DNA of 64,000 bases from Cyanobacteria bacterium P01_A01_bin.123. Lineage in GTDB: Bacteria > Cyanobacteriota > Cyanobacteriia > Phormidesmidales > Phormidesmidaceae. The stretch lies in assembly GCA_039815185.1 (NCBI GenBank), contig JBCBZT010000004.1, positions 96,001 to 160,000 of the forward strand, in the 5' to 3' direction. The position numbers and the translations under genes were made by a program. The notes under the pieces were generated by a model. It saw only the letters and a program-made list of their open reading frames with translations. It ran no database searches and had not been told where the DNA came from. Numbering within the stretch: position 1 is the first letter of the stretch; each line of letters begins with the position of its first letter. Positions 1 to 8,747 of this stretch are shown one piece after another.

Positions 1-173
1 CAGCATCTCAGTCACCGGAACCCCTCGACCATCAAAGTCATTATGCTACTTGGAATAGTAACGTGTGGCCAAAATTTGCCATTCTTTCTATTGAATCGAA
101 CCCACGACTCTCCTGCTGTGCGGTCAAATGCTCAAATATGCTGCAAATTTCTTTCAAGGGTCGAAATAGAATT

Positions 174-191
174 GTTACAATCGTTTACAAA
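174..191 (+). promoter_or_regulatory. HLR1 (RpaB-binding) direct repeat
   Basis: GTTACAAT-CG-TTTACAAA is a perfect match to (G/T)TTACA(T/A)(T/A)-N2-(G/T)TTACA(T/A)(T/A), about 60 nt upstream of the ABC1 kinase. Confidence 0.65.
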
Positions 192-253
192 TACTAATTT
201 TGATTTAATAGTTTTATAGAACGACCGCTTAGCTCACCTATCCACAGATCCCA

Positions 254-2305
254 TTGGCTATGAATTCGCCTTCCTCTCGGTACTCCAGCGATATCCTTAA
301 TCCGCAAACGGTGACTGTTGCTAGTGAGCCTATAGCTGAGCCCATCAGTCCAGTTGATCCGCCTGCTGTACGGCACAACGGTGTGATTAATGATCCTACG
401 GATGTCATGGTTTACGATCCTGAGGCGATCGCAGACTATTACGATTCCAGATGGCTACGAGTCTTCTGGCGGTTTCTCTCTATCTTTTGGCCATTAGCGA
501 GCTTTGCCTTATCCGTCTGGCTCGATGCGCGTTTAGGGCTGGCGCAGCGTAATGAACGTAAGCAGGCTGAGCGATTGCGTAAAATTGTGACTCAGCTTGG
601 GCCCGCTTACATCAAGGTGGGGCAGGCGCTTTCCACTCGACCTGATTTGGTTTCTCCAGTTTATCTAGAAGAATTGACCCGATTGCAAGATCAGCTACCC
701 GCTTTTTCTAATGACATTGCTTACCGCTTCATTGAAGAAGAACTGGGCGATTCTCCTGAGACACTATATGCAGAACTTTCTCCCCACCCTGTGGCCGCAG
801 CTTCTTTGGGACAGGTTTATCGCGGTCGCTTAAAGACTGGCGAAGAAGTCGCCGTTAAAGTTCAACGGCCGGGGTTGGCCCAGCGCATCACCTTAGACAT
901 CTATATTTTGCGACAGTTGGCGCGATTGGCAACTCGACTGATTCCCCAGGTTCGTAGCGACCTGATTGGGATTATGGACGAATTTGGGGCACGCATCTTC
1001 GAAGAGATGGATTATACCCACGAGGGCCAAAATGCTAAGCGATTTGCTCAGCTTTACGGCCACCTGCGAGACATTTATGTGCCTCATATCTACACCCAGT
1101 ACACCGGGCGTCGAGTACTGACCATGGAGTGGATTAACGGGACTAAACTGACAAAGATTACTGAACTAAAAGCCCAGGGCATTGATGCCAGCTATTTGAT
1201 TGAAGTGGGGGTGCAGTGCTCGTTGAGGCAACTGCTAGAGCACGGCTTTTTCCATGCTGACCCCCACCCTGGCAATCTGTTGGCTACCCCCGATGGCAAA
1301 CTCGCCTATCTAGACTTCGGCATGATGAGCGAAGTCAAGCCCTATCAACGCTATGGCTTGATTGAAGCGATCGTCCATATGGTCAACCGTGACTTTGAGG
1401 GATTGGCCCAAGACTATATCAAGCTGGAGTTTTTGACCCCTGATACCGATTTGGAGCCAATTGTGCCTGCCTTGACTAACGTGTTCAACAATGCGTTGGG
1501 GGCTAGCGTCGCTGAGCTGAACTTCAAAAGCATCACCGATGAGTTCTCCGCTTTGATGTACGAGTACCCCTTTCGGGTGCCCGCTTACTACGCACTGATT
1601 ATCCGCTCTCTTGTCACCTTAGAAGGCATTGCGATCAACGTTGACCCTGACTTTAAGGTACTCAGTAAGGCTTATCCTTATGTCTCAAAACGGCTTCTGT
1701 CTGACCCAGCTCCCCAGTTGCGGGCTTCGTTGAACGATTTGCTGTTTAAGGACGGGCGGTTTCGCTGGAATCGGCTGGAGAATCTACTGAAAAACGCCCG
1801 CGACAGTGAAGATTACGACCTCAGCAAGGTGCTGGATCAAACCCTTGATTTCCTTTTCTCAGAGCGAGGAGAATTCATCCGTGTTGGCATTGCAGATGAA
1901 ATTGTTAAGCAGGTTGATACCTTTGGGCAAAGCCTAATGCATAATCTGACTCAAACCGTTCAGGAGCGATTGGGGACCAGATCGCCTCAACCCCCTAAAG
2001 TGGCGACGACAACGGCGGAGAAAAGTCAGGAGCAGCAAAACTTTGATCATTTGGTCAGCATTTTGCAAATCCTGCGGGAAACCGAAAGCTTTGATGTGAC
2101 TAAAGTTGTGGCTATTTTGCCCCAAGTTTTGTTTAGGTCTGAAACCCGTGAAATGGGACAGCGGATTTTCGGAGGACTTGCCCAGCGGGCAGCAACCCGA
2201 TTCATTCGAGAAGTGTTGCTGGCGGAGCAGCAACCGGAGGGCACCGCAATACTGCAGGATTGGGAAACTGTTCCGCGATCGCTGCCTGCAGGCGTATCTC
2301 GCTAA
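254..2305 (+). CDS. ABC1/AarF/UbiB-family atypical protein kinase
   Basis: LGPAYIKVGQALSTRPD, AAASLGQVY, VAVKVQRP, FFHADPHPGN and LDFGMM motifs. Confidence 0.95.
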   Translation: MAMNSPSSRYSSDILNPQTVTVASEPIAEPISPVDPPAVRHNGVINDPTDVMVYDPEAIADYYDSRWLRVFWRFLSIFWPLASFALSVWLDARLGLAQRNERKQAERLRKIVTQLGPAYIKVGQALSTRPDLVSPVYLEELTRLQDQLPAFSNDIAYRFIEEELGDSPETLYAELSPHPVAAASLGQVYRGRLKTGEEVAVKVQRPGLAQRITLDIYILRQLARLATRLIPQVRSDLIGIMDEFGARIFEEMDYTHEGQNAKRFAQLYGHLRDIYVPHIYTQYTGRRVLTMEWINGTKLTKITELKAQGIDASYLIEVGVQCSLRQLLEHGFFHADPHPGNLLATPDGKLAYLDFGMMSEVKPYQRYGLIEAIVHMVNRDFEGLAQDYIKLEFLTPDTDLEPIVPALTNVFNNALGASVAELNFKSITDEFSALMYEYPFRVPAYYALIIRSLVTLEGIAINVDPDFKVLSKAYPYVSKRLLSDPAPQLRASLNDLLFKDGRFRWNRLENLLKNARDSEDYDLSKVLDQTLDFLFSERGEFIRVGIADEIVKQVDTFGQSLMHNLTQTVQERLGTRSPQPPKVATTTAEKSQEQQNFDHLVSILQILRETESFDVTKVVAILPQVLFRSETREMGQRIFGGLAQRAATRFIREVLLAEQQPEGTAILQDWETVPRSLPAGVSR

Positions 2306-2313
2306 ATCAAATT

Positions 2314-3120
2314 TTAGTCCTGAGTATCCAGATCCGATTCTCGCTGAGCTAAAGATTCGGCTAGGGCGTTGAGTTCTGTTTCCCTCGTATTAAGGGCGGT
2401 TTCTCGCTGAGCTAGGGATTGTGTTAGGGCATTAAGTTCGACTTCTCTGGTGCGGAGGGCCGTTTCTTTCTGGGCGACGGAGTCCCGTGCAAGTTTGAGA
2501 TGCTTCTCCAATCCTTCAAGTTCATCCCGATGGGCAGCAGTTTCTAAGGCAAAACGACCGACGTCTTGATTTTGCAGGCCTTCCGTCAAGCTATTGAGTT
2601 GCTGCTCTTTGTTACTCAGCTCAGCTTCTCGGCGGGCGATCACCTCTTGTTCAAACTTGAGGTTTTTTTCTAGCTCTTGAATTTCATCCCGGCGAGCAGC
2701 CGTTTCGAGGGCGCGACGCCCGACTTCCTGGCTTTGTAACGTCAGGGACTGTCGCCACTGCTCGGCCCGTTCGACTTCCTGGGCCAATAACTCAGGGGTC
2801 ATCCCACGGGCCAAATAGGTTGATATCAGATCTAATACCCAATCGGTTGCGTCGTTGATTGTGACGATTACCTCGTCATCTAAACTGCTTGTCTCAGCCG
2901 CTTGGTCTGGGGCAGTATTTAATCCTGTGCTTGAGGGAGGCAATTGAGGAATTTCGACTAGCACGAGCGTACCCTCGTTGAAAGCCACGATTTTGGATGT
3001 TTTAACAAGCTTCGCCGTCGATAACTGCTCCCAGGCCAAGTCTGTAATTTGACGCGCCAGCAATTCTAACTCGGCACCGTGGAGGAAGGCTTTTTTGAGA
3101 ACTCTAGCCAGATAGCGCAT
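2314..3120 (-). CDS. HmpF-like N-terminal domain protein with coiled-coil repeats
   Basis: MRYLARV...LELLARQ...W N-terminus and the EVERAEQWRQSLTLQSQE motif resemble cyanobacterial HmpF-like proteins; ATG at 3120 preferred over the TTG at 3150. Confidence 0.6.
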   Translation of the reverse strand: MRYLARVLKKAFLHGAELELLARQITDLAWEQLSTAKLVKTSKIVAFNEGTLVLVEIPQLPPSSTGLNTAPDQAAETSSLDDEVIVTINDATDWVLDLISTYLARGMTPELLAQEVERAEQWRQSLTLQSQEVGRRALETAARRDEIQELEKNLKFEQEVIARREAELSNKEQQLNSLTEGLQNQDVGRFALETAAHRDELEGLEKHLKLARDSVAQKETALRTREVELNALTQSLAQRETALNTRETELNALAESLAQRESDLDTQD

Positions 3121-3855
3121 ACTTGAATCGAAATCCTCGACGTCACACAATTAACCACATATCCCAGAGATAATCACACAAGGATAACCACACTTAGCCA
3201 TTCAACCACTGGGTTTATCTTAAGGAAAGCACAGCACACTACAGTCTTAATTATTATGATTTAATAAGCTGCTGTACTTCAGTTACTCGCTAATTTAAGC
3301 CACCAGCTTTTGTTGTCAGTCGTTCATTCAACCCATCAATAGGGTGGGCATTAATGAATGCCGCTGATGAGTTCTCTAAATGTTCAGCCTAAGCATTTAC
3401 CATTAGCCCTGAGGTCATGGGTTTCTTTGTATAGCGTACCCGGTCTAGTTTAATTTTCTAACCAGATCAGTAAGTTCAGCAAGCTTTGCTGCAACTGCCC
3501 TACGCAATCGTTTGCACCCCCATTTTCTTTTAGGTCACAAGCTGTGTGTGGCTTCAAGGCTATCGCTTACCCTTCCTGATTTAATGGACTATGCATCAGG
3601 AATGACGTGTCTTTACACTGTTTCAATCGCTGTAGGCCAATGTTCTCTACTAAAGACCCGGATTCTAGGCGTTACCACGAGGATAATTTGAAGTTCTCGT
3701 TAGGGTCATGTGCCAAAAAAACGATAGGCACATGATCCGCTCCGGCTGTTTTCGTCTCAATTTATAAATAATATCTAAAGCGCCTAATCAGGCTCAGGGG
3801 CAATTCCGTTAGTGCGACCTTACATCCGACCACTGATCGACAAAGAGTAAACATC

Positions 3856-4524
3856 ATGAGTGAATTCTCCATTTCGACTTGGCCGCTCGTAGAGGAAAAG
3901 ATAGATTTTCTGGCGGTTCCACCTGAAAAGCTTTCGAATCTTGATCTGGTGCTTCGGTGCCAGCAAGGGCAACGCCCCGAGCGCAGCGCTTTTGCTGAGC
4001 TGATGCGTCGTTTCCAGTCCCACGTAGACAAGCTGCTGTATCATCTAGCCTCAGATTGGTCAGATCGGGCTGATTTGGCCCAAGAAGTTTGGATCCGGGT
4101 GTATCGCAATATCCATAAGCTAAAAGAATCTGCTAAATTCAAGGGCTGGTTGGGACGCATCACCACCAACCTGTTTTATGATGAATTGCGGAAGCGCAAG
4201 CGGGTTCGCACCACGATTTCCCTAGATGCTCCCCGCACCCTCGATGATGGTGAAGTCGATTGGGATGTGGCATCCGATGATCCCAGCCCAGTCGATGACA
4301 TGATGACACGGGAGTTTTATAACCAGCTCCGCGTTGCGATTGCAGATTTGCCTGAGGCCTTCCGCACGACTATTGTTCTACGGGAAATTCAGGGCTTGGC
4401 TTATGAGGAGATTGCCGAAGTTACCGGCGTTTCTTTAGGCACTGTGAAATCTCGTATTGCTCGGGCTCGTCAACGTCTACAGCTGGATCTCACGCCTTAC
4501 CTAGATGGTCAGCATGAAGTGTAA
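3856..4524 (+). CDS. sigG: ECF RNA polymerase sigma factor (cyanobacterial SigG/RpoE type)
   Basis: Region 2 DLAQEVWIRVY...FKGWLGRITTNLFYDELRKRKR; region 4 LAYEEIAEVTGVSLGTVKSRIARAR; followed by an anti-sigma gene. Confidence 0.9.
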   Translation: MSEFSISTWPLVEEKIDFLAVPPEKLSNLDLVLRCQQGQRPERSAFAELMRRFQSHVDKLLYHLASDWSDRADLAQEVWIRVYRNIHKLKESAKFKGWLGRITTNLFYDELRKRKRVRTTISLDAPRTLDDGEVDWDVASDDPSPVDDMMTREFYNQLRVAIADLPEAFRTTIVLREIQGLAYEEIAEVTGVSLGTVKSRIARARQRLQLDLTPYLDGQHEV

Positions 4525-4719
4525 GGGATGACTGTCAACCACATCCGGTTCGAAAACTTAAGTTTTTAGCTCCGGGAAAATCCTTGGGTTTTTAGCTCAG
4601 AGGGGTGATTGTCCTGGATGTGGGCGAGGTTTACTTGACGAATCAATGATCCCAATCACCGGAGTTGATCGAGGAACTATGAAGTTCTTCCCTGCTCGAG
4701 TTCCTCAATGTTTGTCAAG

Positions 4720-4747
4720 GGAACTTACGCCTTACCTGAACGGTCAA
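4720..4747 (+). promoter_or_regulatory. Putative ECF (sigmaE-like) promoter upstream of the anti-sigma gene
   Basis: GGAACTT-N16-GTCAA in the 420-bp gap between sigG and the anti-sigma gene. Confidence 0.45.
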
Positions 4748-4944
4748 GCATTTAGTTAACTCATTAGACGTTTGACTTTGACAAGATAAGTTAAATCATT
4801 TGAGGGATGTTCTAGAAGAAAAAATCCCCTTATGATTACGGATAGACTATTGGCAACTGCCTAAGCTAGTGTGTTGTCGATGGTGAGTGAACTTGTCTTG
4901 TCATCTTAGTCCAGGCCAAACAATGACTGGGTAAGGGTTCCGAA

Positions 4945-5475
4945 ATGACCTCCAATCTGAGAAAAATCATTGCTAGAGAGCGCCGTACCGACCGGGGCTG
5001 TGAATCAATGTATCAAGAACTAGATGCGATTAAGCGCGATCGCTTTGAGTTGCTGAGTGCCTATCTAGATGGTGAGGTAACTGCCGATGAGCGACGGCAA
5101 GTGAATCGCTGGTTAGCTGATGATGCCCATGCGCAATGTTTATACCAGCGGTTGCTGCGGTTACGCCAAGGCATCGGGCAGTTGCCAATTCCGACCCAAG
5201 ATACTTGTGTTGAGGCCACCATTCAAACCGTATTCGCCCGTATTCAAAGGCGTCTTCGGATTGCTCTGATGGCGGGGGCTGGTACTGTTGCCGTGGTTTG
5301 CTTGGGGACGGTGTCTGGTTTCTTTGATGATCGCCCCAGCGTTTTCCGGTTTGCTCAGGTTCAATCTGGCACGCCCGTACTTGAGGTGGCTTTAGATGAA
5401 CCCGTGATTGAGATTCCCAAGACATCTGTCGCCCCGAACTCCCTCAAGGGTAAATCCTCATTTGATGTGCAGTAG
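4945..5475 (+). CDS. Membrane-anchored anti-sigma factor (cognate of SigG)
   Basis: RDRFELLSAYLDGEVT...QCLYQRLL anti-sigma domain, one TM helix, directly downstream of sigG. Confidence 0.85.
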   Translation: MTSNLRKIIARERRTDRGCESMYQELDAIKRDRFELLSAYLDGEVTADERRQVNRWLADDAHAQCLYQRLLRLRQGIGQLPIPTQDTCVEATIQTVFARIQRRLRIALMAGAGTVAVVCLGTVSGFFDDRPSVFRFAQVQSGTPVLEVALDEPVIEIPKTSVAPNSLKGKSSFDVQ

Positions 5476-5531
5476 TTCTTTGGCAAGGGGTTGAACCATC
5501 TTAGTAGGGCACCCACAGTGAGTTGGGTGCT

Positions 5532-5945
5532 TTACTCGTTGAAATTTGTGTCGCGCCCTGTCCAATATCCACTGGCTAAATACTGCCCACCCATCTGCTG
5601 CACGCGAACGCTTGTCATTAGGTACATCCAAGCTTGTGCTAATGGCTGATGGTTCATGGTGCACACAGGCCGTTTCTCTCGCTGATATTCGTTGTTTTCT
5701 GGAGCGCGATCGCGTTGGTAATCTTCTAGCTCATCTAAGGCCTCTAAAAGTGACGGGGCATCAAAGCTCAGCAAAACGCCTTGTACCCAATCTTCCCCAT
5801 CTGCCATTGCTGGATAGCCCACAGGCAAGCTGTAGAGTTTTCCTCGGGTTAAGGCTGGGATGCAGGAAATCTGATAACCGCCACAAAATTGATCGTAATA
5901 GGCTTCACCGGGTTTTAAGGTGCCATAGACAAAAACTTGGATCAT
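5532..5945 (-). CDS. Gamma-glutamylcyclotransferase family protein
   Basis: VFVYGTLKPG and LDELEDY motifs. Confidence 0.9.
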   Translation of the reverse strand: MIQVFVYGTLKPGEAYYDQFCGGYQISCIPALTRGKLYSLPVGYPAMADGEDWVQGVLLSFDAPSLLEALDELEDYQRDRAPENNEYQREKRPVCTMNHQPLAQAWMYLMTSVRVQQMGGQYLASGYWTGRDTNFNE

Positions 5946-6108
5946 AGCGATAGGTCAATGACACGGCATAAATTCAGTTCAGATTGAGAGTTGGGGTTTC
6001 TCTGCTTTGTGGCTACCGCTATATTTCCCGGTGGGCCATTCTGAGAGCAAGGCAAACTCTGTAGAATGGTCTTTTACTAGATTTTGACCGCTGGCGGCTG
6101 AATTCCCC

Positions 6109-6870
6109 ATGGCTTTTAAAGACTACTTTTCTAAGCACTCGCCAGACTATGTCAAATATCGTCCGCGCTACCCCGATGCCCTATTTGTATACCTAGCATC
6201 ATTGTGTCCTAGCCATCAACAAGTGTGGGACTGTGGTACGGGCAATGGCCAAGCGGCCCTGGGTTTAACCGCGTGTTTTCGGCGAGTCGTGGCAACTGAT
6301 GCCAGTGAGGCACAGCTACAGCAGACTGTACCCCACGATCAGATTACCTACCAGAGGGCTCCGGCGGAAGCCAGTGGCTTGAGCGATCGCAGCTGTGATT
6401 TAGTGATTGTAGCCCAGGCCCTGCACTGGTTTGACCTTACCCAATTCTATCTAGAGGTCAGGCGGGTGCTCAAATCTGAGGGTGTCTTGGCTGTCTGGTG
6501 CTATGAGCTCATGCAAATTTGCCCTGAGGTAGATCAGCAAGTACGCCATTACTACCAATCAATCGTGGGAGACTACTGGCCTGTGGAACGGCAGTTGATT
6601 GAACAGCGTTATCAAACCATCGTCTTTCCGTTTGCAGAGATTGAATCCCCTGCATTTTCGATGACGGCAACCTGGTCATTTCAGCAGCTAGTGGGCTACT
6701 TGAATACCTGGTCAGCGACCCAGCGATTTTTGAACCAGCACCAGAAGAATCCGCTCGAACAGATCCAGGCTGACTTGGCTATAGCTTGGGGAGATTTGAG
6801 CGCCTGCCGCCCAGTCGTTTGGCCCATTCACTTACGGGTGGGGCGAGTGCAAAATTCTACGCTACAGTGA
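6109..6870 (+). CDS. Class I SAM-dependent methyltransferase
   Basis: YRPRYP, WDCGTGNGQAA and AQALHWFD motifs. Confidence 0.9.
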   Translation: MAFKDYFSKHSPDYVKYRPRYPDALFVYLASLCPSHQQVWDCGTGNGQAALGLTACFRRVVATDASEAQLQQTVPHDQITYQRAPAEASGLSDRSCDLVIVAQALHWFDLTQFYLEVRRVLKSEGVLAVWCYELMQICPEVDQQVRHYYQSIVGDYWPVERQLIEQRYQTIVFPFAEIESPAFSMTATWSFQQLVGYLNTWSATQRFLNQHQKNPLEQIQADLAIAWGDLSACRPVVWPIHLRVGRVQNSTLQ

Positions 6871-6919
6871 ACCTGGCTAAACGGTATGCTGAAACAAGTT
6901 TTCAACGATACGAGGAACT

Positions 6920-8602
6920 ATGCGGTATCTCATTACCAGTGCCCTGCCCTACATCAACGGTATCAAGCACCTGGGTAATTTGGTGGGGTCGATGCTGCCC
7001 GCCGATGTCTATGCCCGGTTCCTCAGACAGCAGGGCGAGGAAGTGCTCTATATCTGCGGGACTGATGAACACGGCACACCAGCAGAATTGGCCGCCTTGG
7101 AAGAAAACATGGCTGTGGCCGACTACTGCAAACGCCAGTACGAACGTCAGGCAGAAGTTTATAGCCGCTTTGGCCTTTCGTTTGACCATTTTGGCCGGAC
7201 CTCTTCAGAAGAAAACCGACAGTTAACCCAGCACTTTTATCAAAAGCTCGACGAAAATGGCTACGTCGAAGCCCGGGAGATCAGCCAGGTTTATTCAATT
7301 GAAGACGAACGCTTTTTGCCCGATCGTTATGTTGTCGGTACCTGTCCCAAATGCGGTTATGAAAAGGCCCGGGGGGATCAGTGTGAAAACTGTACATCGG
7401 TCTTAAACCCAACGGATTTAATCAATCCCCGGTCGGCTATCTCCGGCAGCGATCGCGTGGAAGTGCGCAGCAGTCAACACTTATTTTTGCGCCTCGATCA
7501 GCTCAGTGATACCGTGCGCACTTGGGTTGAACAGCAAGACGAATGGCCCACCCTGACCAAATCCATCGCCATGAAGTGGCTGAATGAAGGGCTGCAAAGT
7601 CGTGGTATTACGCGGGATTTGAGTTGGGGTGTGCCTGTGCCGCGTGAGGGGTTTGAGAATAAGGTATTCTACGTCTGGTTCGATGCACCCATCGGCTATC
7701 TGGCCGCGACTAAAGCTTGGGGAACCCAGACCGGGGCCAACTGGCTGGACTGGTGGCAACCTGACGGTGAGGTCAGCTATGTACAGTTCATGGCCAAGGA
7801 TAATCTGCCCTTTCACACCATCATGTGGCCGGCCATGATTTTAGGCACCCAAGAACCCTGGAAGCTGGCTGACTACATTAAAGGCTTCAACTGGTTGAAC
7901 TACTACGGGGGTAAGTTTTCCACCAGTTCTAAACGGGGGGTGTTTTTAGACCAGGCGTTGGAAGTATTACCCGCAGACTATTGGCGCTATATGCTGGTGG
8001 CCTCATCGCCGGAGTCTTCGGATTCGGCCTTCACCTGGGAGCAGCTCCAAATTAAGGTGAATAAAGATCTGGCTGATAACCTGGGCAACTTCGTTAACCG
8101 GATTCTCAAGTTTGCCAACTCTCGCTTTGATGGCAAAATTCCGGCGGGTGGGGAACCGGGAGAGCATGAATCCCAACTGGAAACTACCTGCAAAGTGCTG
8201 ATGGAGACCCTGAGCGGACATCTGCACAACATGGAGTTTCGCAAAGCGGCGGAGGCGTTGTGTGCTTTGTGGACAGCGGGTAACCAGTATATCGACGTGC
8301 GAGCCCCTTGGGCATTGTTTAAGCAGGATAAAGCTGAGGCTGCTCTGGTAATCCGGACGTGCATTAATTTGATTCGGCTTTACGCGATCGCCTCTGCGCC
8401 CTTTATCCCGTTCACAGCTGAGAAGTTGTTTTCAGCCTTAAATCTAAGCACAGCAGAACGAAATACTCCTTTTGCCGAGGCGGTTAATTTCAGCGTGCTG
8501 CAACCCGAACGCACTTTTGAGGTACCGCCGCCACTGTTTCAAAAGATCGACGACGATCGCATTGCTGAGCTTAAAGCTCAATTTGGTGGGGAAGATATTT
8601 AG
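6920..8602 (+). CDS. metG: Methionine--tRNA ligase (MetRS2 type, no C-terminal dimerisation domain)
   Basis: ITSALPYIN..HLGN (HIGH), CGTDEHG, CPKC..CENC Zn knuckle, YVWFDAPIGY, KFSTS (KMSKS). Confidence 0.95.
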   Translation: MRYLITSALPYINGIKHLGNLVGSMLPADVYARFLRQQGEEVLYICGTDEHGTPAELAALEENMAVADYCKRQYERQAEVYSRFGLSFDHFGRTSSEENRQLTQHFYQKLDENGYVEAREISQVYSIEDERFLPDRYVVGTCPKCGYEKARGDQCENCTSVLNPTDLINPRSAISGSDRVEVRSSQHLFLRLDQLSDTVRTWVEQQDEWPTLTKSIAMKWLNEGLQSRGITRDLSWGVPVPREGFENKVFYVWFDAPIGYLAATKAWGTQTGANWLDWWQPDGEVSYVQFMAKDNLPFHTIMWPAMILGTQEPWKLADYIKGFNWLNYYGGKFSTSSKRGVFLDQALEVLPADYWRYMLVASSPESSDSAFTWEQLQIKVNKDLADNLGNFVNRILKFANSRFDGKIPAGGEPGEHESQLETTCKVLMETLSGHLHNMEFRKAAEALCALWTAGNQYIDVRAPWALFKQDKAEAALVIRTCINLIRLYAIASAPFIPFTAEKLFSALNLSTAERNTPFAEAVNFSVLQPERTFEVPPPLFQKIDDDRIAELKAQFGGEDI

Positions 8603-8747
8603 TGAGTAGGATTAGGTGCAGGCGGCGGCTCGCCTGTGCCCATGCTTAAATCGCTCTAGCTTAAATTTCTTGGATTTATAGGCACTCAAAGCTTTGACCA
8701 TCTGACGATCTTTAAGGTATTTCAAGGATTACAAGGTCTGGAAAGCT

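Noticed and set aside
1..6. ATG CTG on the minus strand at the window edge (possible start of recN)
   Set aside because: Only two codons are visible; the idea rests solely on recalled synteny.
3151..3855. 700-bp AT-richer intergenic region
   Set aside because: I found no tRNA, riboswitch or convincing ORF; it is consistent with divergent promoters.
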